DNA of 64,000 nt from Marsupella aquatica (Eukaryota; Plantae; Marchantiophyta). The stretch lies in contig OZ316896.1 in NCBI GenBank assembly GCA_973895155.1, positions 3,260,638-3,324,637 on the forward strand. The letters are read 5' to 3'. The translations under genes and the position numbers were made by a program. Below are positions 26,006-38,315 of this stretch, piece after piece (positions within the stretch are counted from its first letter, which is position 1; each line of letters starts with the position of its first letter). The notes beneath the pieces are model-generated. The model saw nothing but the letters and a program-made list of their open reading frames with translations. It was not told the origin of the DNA and searched no databases.

Positions 26006-27445
26006 TTAGGGACGAGTACTCTTGAACATCCTCTTCCATTTGTTCCCATCTCGTGGATTAGTATTTGCGACGCCTTTGGCTGTAGAAAAAAGAGCTCTGC
26101 CTCGCATACGGTTCGTTGCACCTTTCCCCGAAATTGTTCGAGCTCTGCCTACCGCACGTTTCGTTGCATCTTTCACCGAACTGACGGATTCACGGAAACC
26201 GTGGCCCTCAGTTGTCTTAGAAACCTGTCTAGTTTTGTTACATTCCACCGGATGTCTGCCTAGAATAGCAAGACCTTCCTCGAGCTGCTTCAGAGATTCC
26301 ACTCGCACCTTGCAGTTTTCCTCCTCCAGTTCTTTGTCGTCGGGCTCGATCGTCGGGAAGTCGGCGCTGAGAAAACTTTCGCAACCGGTGAAACTCTCCC
26401 GCAAAGCATCCATGTGGGTTTCCACCCAGGCCTGGCCTGAATTAGTAATCACTACAGTGAAGTTGCTTTTGATGTGTTCTCCAAAAATTTGCATAAAGAA
26501 CCTCCAGATCTCGTCGTCCAGCGTGTCAAAGCGATCTCGTTTTTTCACGTATATGAAATGAGTGAAAAGTCCGTGGGTCAACTGGATCTCTTCAAACATC
26601 TTCATCGCGAGATGATGTGTGGATGTGGAGCTAAGTTTTTCTGACGGTTTTCCTAGACCTGGCGTATCAACAACGTACCAGCCTCTACCCTGACCATGTT
26701 TGACTCCAAGGCTCTTTCCATCGACACCTGAGTTGGAAGGAAAAGCGTTGGAACAAGAGTCGAGCTTTTGCAGGGTAAGCATCTGAGCAAGAGTTGACTT
26801 GCCGCTGCCCGTCCTCCCGAACAAAATCAGTTTGACAGGCCGGTTGGAAATATGTAGCTCTTCTCTAGGTGTCAAAACGGAAAGCGTCAGGGGGATCTCT
26901 GGGTCCTCCCCAACCTTCGGTACTTGCCGACGAAAAACAATATTGCTCTCTTCAAATCCGTCCTGTACAAGGAGTTCTCTGATTCTATTCTTCGTAGTGT
27001 TGGTACTGACATTCTCGCTACCCTTTATTCGCACAACTATTGTAATCGTTGCTCGACAATTGAGGAAAATATCAGCCAGCAGAGTGAGCCAAGCATATAT
27101 ACGTCTATGCAATTTCGATTTCGAAAGATTACATTTGTGCTGAAGCGAAGTTAAATCTATCACACACACAACGGAAACCAACTTGCCAAACAGCTCGTTC
27201 AAGATATTTGATGAAATCCAATCATCTACAATTTCTGTCAAGTTTCTTCCTTCCATGATCTTTCGGTTAACATTCCAGGATGTGGATTCGACAACTACTG
27301 GCCTCCCTTCCGTCCTATAATTTACGACCCCTGCCTCAGTCCTTCGAACTTCCCCTCCACTATGACGCTTGGCGAGGGCCTCTGAGACATGAGCTTTGTA
27401 CTTGCTATAAGCTCCGACAACCAGGATGACCGGTACAAAGGCCAT
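26006..27445 (-). CDS. AIG1/IAN-type GTPase with N-terminal pseudo-GTPase-like domain (likely start MAFVPV, ~479 aa)
   Basis: C-terminal domain: G1 LILFGRTGSGKS, G3 VVDTPG, YVKKRDRF, G4 FTVVITNS. The TTG start in the ORF track lies in a probable splice acceptor (TTTCTTGCAG). Confidence 0.85.
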   Translation of the reverse strand: MAFVPVILVVGAYSKYKAHVSEALAKRHSGGEVRRTEAGVVNYRTEGRPVVVESTSWNVNRKIMEGRNLTEIVDDWISSNILNELFGKLVSVVCVIDLTSLQHKCNLSKSKLHRRIYAWLTLLADIFLNCRATITIVVRIKGSENVSTNTTKNRIRELLVQDGFEESNIVFRRQVPKVGEDPEIPLTLSVLTPREELHISNRPVKLILFGRTGSGKSTLAQMLTLQKLDSCSNAFPSNSGVDGKSLGVKHGQGRGWYVVDTPGLGKPSEKLSSTSTHHLAMKMFEEIQLTHGLFTHFIYVKKRDRFDTLDDEIWRFFMQIFGEHIKSNFTVVITNSGQAWVETHMDALRESFTGCESFLSADFPTIEPDDKELEEENCKVRVESLKQLEEGLAILGRHPVECNKTRQVSKTTEGHGFRESVSSVKDATKRAVGRARTISGKGATNRMRGRALFSTAKGVANTNPRDGNKWKRMFKSTRP

Positions 27446-28184
27446 GGCATGCTGATTCACCCCACAGTACAGGTGTGGGGCGTGCTCAGGTCCTTCGCTA
27501 AGTTGGTTTGCCCCTCCTAGTAGCTGCAAGAAATAACCATTAAAAGTTCACATTATTCTTTACAAAAAGATGTGACATTCGCGTCTCTTCAAATCAACTA
27601 ACTAGCTCAAGATTCACAGTGGGAAGACATTGATCTAGCCGGCAATAGGGTATGATGCTGACCGTATGGCTGATTTCAAATATCGCACCTAGACGAAGAT
27701 CCCAGTGTTGTCGATCCTTCTGACCAAGGAGCAAATTTAAACAGATATGCCGTCTCAACAACTTTCCGACTAGCAATTACTTCAAAACAGCGATCGAGAC
27801 TTGAGGATGTCCAACAGTGTAGTGGATCCAGAAATTTTCATCTCGCTGACAATTGCTAGTAGCCTCTATCGTGTAGCAGCACTTACATGTGAGAATAGTC
27901 CTGGCCAAAATCTTACTCCATGAAAACGTACTCAAGCAGGCTACACCACGCCTTCACACAGCACGTTGCACCGCACCGAGGAACAAAACCAGAAAATGAA
28001 CATTTAAACGCGCACCAATCACAGAGAGTTAGTTGCTTGGACAAGACTCAATACTGAAGGCGTGATCGACCAACGAATCAATCCACGAAATACACACAAA
28101 CAGCATGAGCGGAGCTGACGAAGGTATAGTGAGCTAAACAAGGCGATTTGAAAACGTGTGAGACTTGTAATGGCATCTACTCTT

Positions 28185-28620
28185 CCTGCCGCGTGCTTGG
28201 AAGCTCCCGGCTACGGTTCTGGTAGTACACCGCTCGGGGGCTCTTTTCCTTTCCGTGTTAGATTGAGCGGAGAGACCCCATTATGGGAATCAGAAAAATG
28301 TTTGATTCCACGAACATAGCGGTGCTCCAGCCGCGTGCTTGGAAGCTTCCTTCTCCAGTAGGGGTACATTCTTCGGGCCCTTTTTTTCAAAGGTCCTAAT
28401 TGACCGGAGCAACAAATATGGGAATCAGAGTACTGTTTATTCTCTCAAGCTGTAGAAAGTCTATTCCCGCGTCCAAGCCAAAGCATCTACAGTAGGGGCG
28501 CGATGGAAAGCCCTGGCTCGGAACAGCTGCGAGGACTGACCTCCATATTGACTTGGATCACAGCAGCGAAAGACCAAGATGTCCACTCTGTTTGTGATTG
28601 CGAAAGTTAATGTATATATA
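28185..28620. promoter_or_regulatory. Divergent promoter with a duplicated ~140-bp module, CGCG boxes and W-boxes
   Basis: CCGCGTGCTTGGAAGCT at 28189 and 28331, CCGCGT at 28467, ATGGGAATCAGA at 28283 and 28418, TTGACC 28400, TTGACT 28548, TATATATA 28613. Confidence 0.5.
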
Positions 28621-28744
28621 CATTAGGTTTCATTCGTAGGAGTAACTTAATGTGAATGAGAAGCTTACAAATTTCATTCGTCGGAGTAACTAGTGCCTCA
28701 GTCTTGTGAAGCTTACAAATTGCTTCAGGACAGCTTGAACCACG

Positions 28745-29518
28745 ATGGCTTCAGAAAGGAGAGTGGTCCTGTTCGGAAGAACAGGCGCTGGAAAATCCAC
28801 TGTTGCCAATGTCCTTGTGACAGGAGGAATCGAGCAGCCGATGGTGTTTCCAGCCAGCGACGCGCCGACAGGGTGCACTTCAGAGATCATCACAAAATCC
28901 GGAAGGGGTTGGACTGTCGTAGACACGATAGGTCTTGGAGAAGCAGAGTCCGGAACCAGGTCGCATGAGGAAGCGCAACTTGAGTTGAAAAGCTTTCTCA
29001 AGCAGGTCAGGGATGCGTACTCCCACATAATCTTCGTGCAAAAGGCGAGTAGAATGACTGAACTGGATAAGGTGATTTGGACGCTGTTCGCTAAAATATT
29101 CGAGGGTGCTGAAGACGCGTTCGTTGTTCTCTTCACCGATGCAACCGATGAGTGGCTCGAAGAGAACAGAACGTTGCTTCCACCCCACATGGGCGATTAT
29201 GAAAAATTTGCAGTCAACATTCCTCCTATCAGCGATAAATTAGTGAGAGAGAGGAGAAACAAAGTGGCGAGAGACCAGTCGTTACAGGAACTAGAACAGA
29301 AGCTCATTGCACATTTTGCGCGAAGGGGGAACAAACCCTCTGTTCCCAACATTGCTACAATGAACGACGAACAACTAGAGTCGACAGCAGAGAAGTTGAT
29401 GGCTTTGGCCATCCGCATCATTAGAGAATGCATCGATCCAACGAATTGGTTGAGAGTCGCTTCCAGGATAGGCTCATGGTTCGACGTTATGGACGCATTT
29501 TCTAATGTCCTTAATTAA
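28745..29518 (+). CDS. Single-domain AIG1/IAN-type GTPase (257 aa)
   Basis: G1 VVLFGRTGAGKS, G2 TGCT, G3 VVDTIG, VQKASRMT, G4 FVVLFTDA, amphipathic C-terminal helices; intronless. Confidence 0.9.
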   Translation: MASERRVVLFGRTGAGKSTVANVLVTGGIEQPMVFPASDAPTGCTSEIITKSGRGWTVVDTIGLGEAESGTRSHEEAQLELKSFLKQVRDAYSHIIFVQKASRMTELDKVIWTLFAKIFEGAEDAFVVLFTDATDEWLEENRTLLPPHMGDYEKFAVNIPPISDKLVRERRNKVARDQSLQELEQKLIAHFARRGNKPSVPNIATMNDEQLESTAEKLMALAIRIIRECIDPTNWLRVASRIGSWFDVMDAFSNVLN

Positions 29519-30848
29519 TGTCGTTGCAGATGGCTAACAGGCGGGGTTCTTGTCATTTCTACATATATGACTGGTAGACAGAAGATAACACATCGAATAC
29601 GGTAGATGTACATGTAGAATTACAGTAGGGCTTATTACATTACGTACACATGCTAGCGGATTCGCCCATTACGTACACATGCTAGCGGTTTCGCCCGATG
29701 CGCAACGACTTGTCTCTTTCACAGGCGCACTATTGTACACATTTGGTACATGCTCTGTCGCCGATTTTGAAAAGTATGATCATTCTTCTTTATCAAGTTT
29801 GTGCTGTGTGTGCCAAGTGTATTGTAGTACGAAAATCAATGGGATTAGTAGTTCACCAAATGTGCTAGACTCGATTTTATCAGGTTGCCACATTTTCGTC
29901 TCTCTTAAATCTGAATTCTGTGGCCGGGCAAACTTTGCTTGTTAGCATTTCGACTCACACTTTAAATCAACGCTCAATCTGGGTCACACTGACTAAAATT
30001 GCTTCAAAGGGCGTTCGTGAACAGACCTATTCACTCAAAGATCAAGCAAAATAAAGTTTCTTGTACACAAACATATCACTGTCCATTTTCTAATTCAATG
30101 CTATGTGCATCCTCGTGGGTTCTTCTCTCCTGCGCAGTCATCCCGTAGGATCTGGGCACATTACATGCAATGCTCGCTGGATCCCTCCTCCTCGTACCAG
30201 GTGTATTTGTCTTAGGAATTCTTTAAGCTCGACAATGTTGTAGGAGTTCACCTCAAATGCGCCTCGTTACGCAATCACGTTTTCATCATCCACCGTTCTT
30301 CGATTCACTCGCGCTCCACGAGCTTCGACATTCCATTACATGACCTTGCAGCAGGGAGCATTTTCTGGGTGTTTTGTAATACTCATCCAGTAATGGGTAC
30401 TCGATGATTGCTCTTTCCTGTTCGCAACTAAGTGACACTGTATTTGCGATTCTACACCATCTTGCTCTTCTCGTCACGCTACAATACGTCCGTTTCATGT
30501 CACTCATCATGACAATCAAGTTGTCTCTATAAGTAATATTAGCTCACTCAGAGAGCTAATTCGATCAATTTCATGATCTCACTATTTTGGATTCGTGCAA
30601 ATTTATGTTTCCTGCCGTAGTCTAGACTCGAGGTTTAGAGAGTACCATGTGATAACGGAGAAACCAGATAGAGAAGCGCCAGTTAACACGAGCAACAAGA
30701 AAAATACAGCTACGCGAGACTATGCATGACAGCCAATCGAGGAACTAATTGGCAGAGGATTGAATTGGATTCCAAAGTGCAGAACCAAAGAATTTGCAAG
30801 TGGAATTTAAGAGAGACGAAATTTCAGGGCACTAAATTTAAGAGTAAG

Positions 30849-30851
<3 letters not shown>

Positions 30852-30897
<46 letters not shown>
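30852..30897. repeat. (GA)n microsatellite
   Basis: Directly visible. Confidence 0.95.
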
Positions 30898-30903
<6 letters not shown>

Positions 30904-31555
30904 GAGCTTGGAAAGACATAAATTTGGGCAGGAATCCCGGCAAGAATTAGCAAGAGTACAGCCGATTGCAGGATAGAAGGATAGTGGGAAAACCCGGTCA
31001 GCTAGGGATAGTGTACAAATCCCGCCCAGATTGCATTTCGTAGGAAGATGCTAGGAAAGAAATGGAAGGATCATATATTATAGTGGTTGGTGTGTTAGCG
31101 TTGATGGTCCATATTTTTCTTTCCTTTTTAACAGCTCAAAGCCACTCTGCGCAGGAGTGAGGGAGTGGTGAACACCAGCACCTGGCCAAGAAACCATACC
31201 CCTGATGGCACACCTGGCCAAGAAACCATACCCCAGCCGTGCCATCAGGACAACCCTGTGAACGAATCAAATGGTGAACAAAAAACATTCTTTCAGCGAG
31301 CGGATTTTTGTTCAGAGCTCGTGGACGTTCTCCGAATTTCGTCATCGTAGGATTGGCTCAAACTATGTCCCCGTGCGCCTTCCACCTTCCGTATCTATCG
31401 TCCTCCACAGCATCTATCGACTACTGTAGTTTAGGGAAAGGACTGCTTATGATTATGTCCATCTGAGGTCATTCTGCTAGAAGTTGTTCACTGGCTTGCA
31501 GGTTGGTTCATTACTAGGACTGGGAAGTTGAGCAGCAGTCAGAGTGTGAGAATGC

Positions 31556-31867
31556 TGCGATTGACAGTCGTGATCGACAGGAAAAACTCTTGCACAAAAG
31601 ATGGAATGAAAATAATGCGTACTGCTTTCATTCAAGAGAGACTCTTGCACAAAAGATGGAATGAAAATAATGCGTACTGCTTTCATTCAAGAGAGAGAAC
31701 AAATAGATGTCAAAATGGACATCAAGATTTTTTCCCCGGAAAAGGCAGAAGGGGAAAAGTAAAAAACTCCAGGTGAAAAGCCAGTGGGGGCGCGCCTGGG
31801 GTAGTGTAGAGTCTAAACTAAAACAGGTGTCAAGATAACAGGAGATCGACAAAAGAGGTAAACGACA
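31556..31867 (-). repeat. 3' LTR (312 bp, contains a 55-bp tandem duplication)
   Basis: Near-identical to 36324-36580 apart from the duplication and ~2 substitutions. Confidence 0.95.
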
Positions 31868-34800
31868 GACCCCTCAGATCTTCTGAAAAACGAATGTCTG
31901 CTACGAAGGCAAAGACTGTAAAGCTAGCATCTCTACGAATCTAGCAAATTTAAGCCCTTGGAGGGGCTTTGTGAAACCATCTGCGGGCATAAGAGCAGTA
32001 GATAGGTATTTCATCTCAATCACACCATCTTTGACTTGCTCACGAATGTAATGCCACTGAACTCCAATGTGCTTAGTGCGGAAATGATGCTCGGGATTGT
32101 ATGTGAGAGAAATAGCTGGTTGGTTGTCACCATAGAGAATAACACGCTGGGCATCAGCCAGAGTATAACGTAAGTCGAAAAGTAACTGGCGCAGCCACAC
32201 CGCTTCTTTACAAGCCAGAGAATAAGCTAAGTATTCAGATTCAGTAGAACTCGTTGCAGTTATCGGTTGCTTTCGAGATTTCCAAGAAATAGAGCCATCG
32301 CCAAGTTTAAAAAGATAGCCGCTAGTGGATTTTCGATCTGAGATATTGTCTGCAAAAGAAGCGTCGGAAAATCCAGAAAATCCCAAAGAATGGATCTCCA
32401 AACCAGAAAAATCGTGGATACCAAAAGTGAGGCCCAGCTGTCGAGTGGTATTGAGATATCGAAAAACTGATCGAAGTGCACTTTCATGAGTCAAATCCGG
32501 ATTATGAGCAAATTGCCCAAGCTTGGAACACCGTTCAGCAATGTCGGGACGAGTCCAGACTGCAAGATAAAGCAAGGAGCCAATCATAGATTGATAGCGT
32601 TGCCTATCATTATCAGTTGCTTGAGATGTGGATGGAGATCATCAGTACCTGTGCTTGGAGAAGTAAGAGGTAAACTAGAATCAAGATGAAATCGTTGCAG
32701 GATCTTAAGAGTGTAAGGCGCTTGACCCAAATGTAGAGTGCCATGGGAACGATCTCGGGTAATGGTCATGCCCAGATAATCAGATAACTCACCAAGGTCT
32801 CTGAGTTCATAACGAGCAGTGAGCTTGTCACGAATGTTATGGATTCCAGATAAGGTTGGTGAGACAAAAATTAAATCATCAACCCAAAGGACGATTAGCT
32901 CCCCAACAGAATTTTGTAGGACACAGGGATCAGAAGGAAGTGGTATGAAACCAAAAGTAGCGGCATATTCCACAATCTCATGATACCACATTCGAGCAGA
33001 TTGTCAAAGACCGTAAAGAGCTTGAATAAGTAGCCATACAAGCATGGCACCATTAGCATCATATGTCTCGTATCCAGGTGGAGGCCTTGACGTATATTGG
33101 TGTCGGTGACTTCAGTAAGGCATAGATAAAAGCCGTGACTACGTCAAAGCTATGAGCCTCATAATTATGCATGGTGACTAGTGCCAGAATAGTGCGGAAA
33201 GTCTCAGGCCGGACAACAGATGCAAAAGTAGAATCGTAATCAATTCCAGGACGTTGCTTATCCCCTCGAACAACAAAACGTGCTTTGTAAAGTCCGTCAC
33301 GCTTAAGATTGTAGACCCATCAGGATGGTAACAGACGAGCACCAGCAGGTAGTGGTACTAGATGAGCCACTTTGAGTTTGTGGAGCTGATTGATTTCTCG
33401 TAATTCAGCTTCTCTCCAGTGAGCAGCATCGGGCCTTGCCATAGCTTGAGTGTGAGTGTTGGGAACATCTGAGGGAAAAGTGGAAAACAATGCACTATGA
33501 TAAGAGTAAAGGAGAGTTGGCGGAGTGTTTATAAGGAGGTGTTGATGTAGAAGTAACTGAGAAGGCTGAGAGATAACAGATGTATCTCGAAAACGAACAG
33601 GAGGAACACCTTTATTGGATCGAGAAGAAACACGGGTGATCACGGGAGTGGCCTGCAAATCTGCATGTAGTTCCTCAAGTGGCGGAGTACCAAGAGGAGG
33701 AGGAATAATGGGAAGAAGTGATTGGTGAGGTGTTCCAATGTCAGGATTATCAGACGGACGAATAAGTCGGGGAACAAAAGAAGGGACAAAAATCTCCACA
33801 TAATCAGGGGAAGAAGAAACTGTAGACTTAGGAATTTGAAAACACGAATCACGCTCAGATGTTTCATCAAAATGCACATAAGCGGATTGAATAATGGAGG
33901 AATTATGTGGAAACCAGATACAAAAATTTTGACCCGTGGCATAACCAACGAAGTAACCTTTTTTGGCCCGAGCAATAAATTTGTCACCACGGAGACGAGT
34001 CTCAGGAGGAATATGAACATAGGCAAGGGCACCAAAAACATGAAGCCGGTCAAAACGGAAAACGTAAGGAAGGTGTAAAACGGTAGCAAGGCGAGAAGCA
34101 GGAGGCTCAGATAGAGGATTAACAGAAGTAGGTGAGTGATTAGCAAGGTATGTTGCCGTCAGAAACGCTTCTGGCCAAAGTAATTTGGGAAGATGAGAGT
34201 CAATCATCATGGCTCGGGCCTTAGCAGAAATAACTCCAATGGCGCGTTTAGCAATCCCGTTCTGTTCGTGATGATAGGGAGCAGAGTTGAAAATGTGTAC
34301 GCCTTGGTGTTCCAAAAAATCCTTTAGCTGATTGCCGCCAAATTCAAGACCATTATCAAGATGGACTTCAAGAATAGAAGATTTGTATTGAGTAGTTACC
34401 ATTTGAAAAAACTTTTGAATCAGCGCCAATGCCTCATTCTTGTAAGTCAAAGTCGTGGTCCACCGGTTACGAGAGAAATCATTAGTAATGACAAGAAAAT
34501 AATGCTTGTCACCAATGCCAGGAGTAGAAATTTTGCCGCAAAGATCGAAATGAACCTTTTGAAACGGGGCTGTAGCACGAGCGTGTGGAAATCATGAAAT
34601 AATCCGAGTAGACTTGGCCAAAGCACATACTTCACAGTGTCGAAATGGAGTAGAATCAGAAAGTGTAATATGAAGACGTTGAAGAAGAGTATGAATGGCA
34701 GCCGGATGAAGGTGTGCCAATCTTCGATGCCAAATATTGATATCATCAGACTGTGAATGAGAAGACATTGCCAACTGAGTAACTGGTAAAATCGTGAAAG

Positions 34801-36323
34801 TCTTCAGGCCATTATGTTTCTTGATGGTAGCAAATTCATCACCGGTAGGAGAGTGAATGAACTTCTGAAGTTCACCGTTCCAAAAAATACAGCATTGCTC
34901 AAGCAGATCTTCAGAAATGGTGTTAAGAAAACTGGATGGCATGTATCGAACATTACTAAGTTCTGTTTCCTTGGAAGAACCATCAGATTGCTGTATTTGA
35001 AGGACGACTGAGCCTCGACCAGGGGAAATAGTAGATCCTGAACCGGTATTGATTGGAAGGGGATCAGGAGTGTACGTAGTGAAACTGGCGCGATTGTTAC
35101 AAAAATGATGACTAGCGCCCGAATCAGCAATCCAAACGTCAAGATGGAGACCAGGGGTTAACTGATGATTAAATGCAACATGGAGGTTGCCAGAGAAAAG
35201 ATCCACAGTCTCTTCATCATGAAGATGTGTCGGAGTATTAGTAGAGACAGAAGGAACGGAGGAAGAGGCAACACTGAGTATAGAATGATTAGCAGGGACA
35301 CGGGTCTGTAATCGTTTTAAAATGCTGGGATGAGGTTGCCAGCCTTCAGGCCTGATATGTGTGTGTTTGTAAAAACAACGATCATCTCTATGACCAGGAA
35401 TGCTATAGAAAATACAGGTATCACGTTTCAAAGGTTTCTTGGAAGATGAGGATACGGTAGGTGACGGAGAAACAACTGGAGGATTAGGAAATGAAGAAGT
35501 AGTCTGGAGTTGGAAAACAGAAGAGGATAATGCATTGTCCTGTTCCAAATTCAATCGCCAACATTCGTCCGTAAGGTCACGAATAAGAGCAGCAAGAGAT
35601 GGAAGTGTCTTCGGTGAAGTGCGCATCTGCTCCCGCTTAGAGAAAGACCAGTTTGAAAAGTGACGTTCTACATTGCTTATAAAATGTAAAGGTTTGATGT
35701 CATCATCAAGCTTAATACTGACACTCTGAACACGCTCCAATGTTGATCGATACGTATTGCAGTATTCTTCTATCGGTTCTCCATTATAAAGCATTCTAGC
35801 ATAATGTGCCCAAACGTCAAATTTCTGGATAATTCCTTCAGAAGCGAAGGCATCAGCCAGGTTAGTCCAGCATTCCTAAGCAGTTGTAGCATGATCGAGG
35901 GAGAACTGAATGCTTTCAGAACAAGTGGAAAGAATTATATTCCTGGCCTGCGCTTCCTTAAGATCATGAGTATCAAGTCGTTCTTGGAAAACATAATCAA
36001 GTTCGGCAGGGCGTTGGATAGGAGCAATGGCAGTGCCATCGATGTATTTCCAGACACCGGATGCACGAATAGTTGCACTGATGTTACGTTTCCAAGATTT
36101 GTAGTTAGAACTACCTAGAAGGTGGGGGACCAAATGAATGTTGTAGCCTCCCGTGAAATTGGAAGGCATGGTGTATGAAAATAGTGACGCAAAACTAGAT
36201 CCAGATGCAGAAAAAACTAGCGGAAACCAGCAAGAACTACTGCTTAGTGACAGGAAATCACTCTGACTAGAATGCACGGATTAGTCGTGAAAGAGTGTTG
36301 TAGACTTCAACTGGCCCATAACC

Positions 36324-36580
36324 TGTGATTGACAGTCGTGATCGACAGGAAAAACTCTTGCACAAAAGATGGAATGAAAATAATGCGTACTGCTTTCATT
36401 CAAGAGAGAGAACAAATAGATGTCAAAATGGACATCAAGATTTTTTCCCCGGAAAAGGCAGAAGGGGAAAAGTAAAAAACTCCAGGTGAAAAGCCAGTGG
36501 GGGCGCGCCTGGGGTAGCGTAGAGTCTAAACTAAAACAGGTGTCAAGATAACAGGAGATCGACAAAAGAGGTAAACGACA
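36324..36580 (-). repeat. 5' LTR (257 bp)
   Basis: Followed on the minus strand by the PBS and then gag. Confidence 0.95.
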
Positions 36581-37829
36581 AATGCCACTGTCCTCTTGCT
36601 TCCATAATTATTTGGGCGGTGACATTCATTCGTGCTGAGGGTACAGCAGTGTGATCGTGGATTGGAGAACTCAAGGCTAGCTTCCAGCGAGCTTGCCTGG
36701 CTAGCCATCAAACCCTTTACATCTTCCAGTTTCTGTGATTGAGAAGCTAGGCTGCTGCGATCCGAGTTATTGGGTTTCATAAAAAATGTAAAACATATGC
36801 CGCAAAGGCTCATCAAAGGCTACCTCATCAATTACTGATATCGTCAGGAATCTCGATCACCTCCGCGTCGTCCATGAAACAGTTGAATGTGTGGTACCGT
36901 GATAGAGTGATTAAAGTGGAAATGCATGAAACAGTCAGTGCCACAAATTCGTCCAGATTGACTTCTTTTCAGATCGCAGTGGGGTCGATCTGGCCTTGAT
37001 TCCAGATGGGGTCCAGATGGGAGAATTATACAACCTGAAAACGTGCTGGACTTTTAGAATTACCACCATGAATATAACTTTGCAAAGACATTTACTCCTC
37101 CTGCCGCCTGCTTTGGAAGCTTCCTCACAGCGTTCGGGTCAAGTTGTTCTTTGCGGATTGTTGGGGTCTCGGTAATTCTGACATATACTATGTATGACAC
37201 CCCTGCAAAGTGTGATAACCCTAGTTTTTTTTCTTTCAATCAATGAATAGAGCCACATTTTGATGTTCAATGAATGCAACACATTTTGATGTGTGATTAC
37301 CAGAGGGGGGATTGTTGACTTCTTTTCTAAGCTTCCTCAAACTTTAATCTGAACAAGGTAGAAAACTTTACGCATTATGAAAAGTTATGTCCTTCTACAG
37401 TACGTAATGTAGTTACGCCCGATAACGATTAAATTAACGACACGGAGCCAGGGACAAACAATGGGAATCAGAAATCTCTCAAGTGGAGCAGCATGTTCCA
37501 ATTTGAGATCCTCTATGCAAAGACCGTTTCAATGATTCTCCTAGCTACACACGTAACAGTTTCCGTGCAGGTGTGGGAAAGTTACAGGTTAAGTGTTCAG
37601 CCCATGGGCTTTCCTGGTAACTGAAGTTTAACTCCCTAACTTTTACGGCAGTTCCTGTAATATTGGAGGTATGGGAGGGCCTTATCTTGTTAACTCCAGC
37701 CTTTGAGATGCTTTAATGATAACATTTTCATATCAGGATCATTCTACTCCCCCATGCTACTTTTACCTTGCAACCATTTATTAGTGCAAGTTCCAACTCA
37801 TAACATTTCACAACCACAACGGTTTAAAC

Positions 37830-38315
37830 AGGAACTTTCATTGAAAGCAAAACCCTGAACTATCCTACTCATATGCTAGTGGGCCACTTGCTGGTCTTTT
37901 CTGCAGATAACATTTTCATAGTAACAACACTTTGAACAAGCACTTTCTTTTGAAGGCAAAACCCTGAACTATCCTATTCATCTGCTAGTGGGTATGTTTT
38001 TCTTATACGTTTGTCAAAACTTAGAAGAGAATGTACTCAAGTGCCCTTTCTAATGACAAGACGGTTTTGTATTATTATCTTTAGACCTGACACACTCTGG
38101 CTTACATTTTAGCTTCTAATGTAAAGCAATTTCTCCCCACTCATTTTGCTTTGGATGGAATCAAAGACAATGTCAAAAACTTAGAAGAGAATGTACTCAA
38201 GTGCCCTTTCCAAATAGGGTTTTGTATTATTATCTTTAGACCTGACACATTTTGGCTTACATTTTAGCTTCTAATGTAAAGCAATTTCTCTACACTCATT
38301 TTGCTTTGTATGGAC
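37830..38315. repeat. Local tandem duplications (~50-bp pair at 37832/37941; ~158-bp pair at 38012/38171)
   Basis: Directly visible near-identical blocks. Confidence 0.85.

Larger units (their letters stand above)
31556..36580 (-). mobile_element. Full-length Ty1/Copia LTR retrotransposon with disabled gag-pol
   Basis: LTRs 31556-31867 and 36324-36580 (TG..CA), TSD AATGC on both sides, PBS GGTTATGGGCCAG; domain order gag, PR WIADSGASHH, IN DNGLEF/EQNG, RT LWVDDL, RH GFSDASFA/RTKHI. Confidence 0.97.
31450..36815 (+). pseudogene. Relic of the 5' flank and first ~20 codons of a third long-type GTPase paralog, split by the Copia insertion
   Basis: 31450-31555 joined to 36586-36760 matches 39785-40050; 36757-36812 (GCGATCC..AAAACATATGCCGCAAAGGCTC) matches 40430-40485. 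Confidence 0.7.

Noticed and set aside
27446-27529. N-terminal extension of the 507-aa ORF
   Set aside because: The TTG start overlaps a probable intron acceptor, and the paralog begins at the position equivalent to MAFVPV
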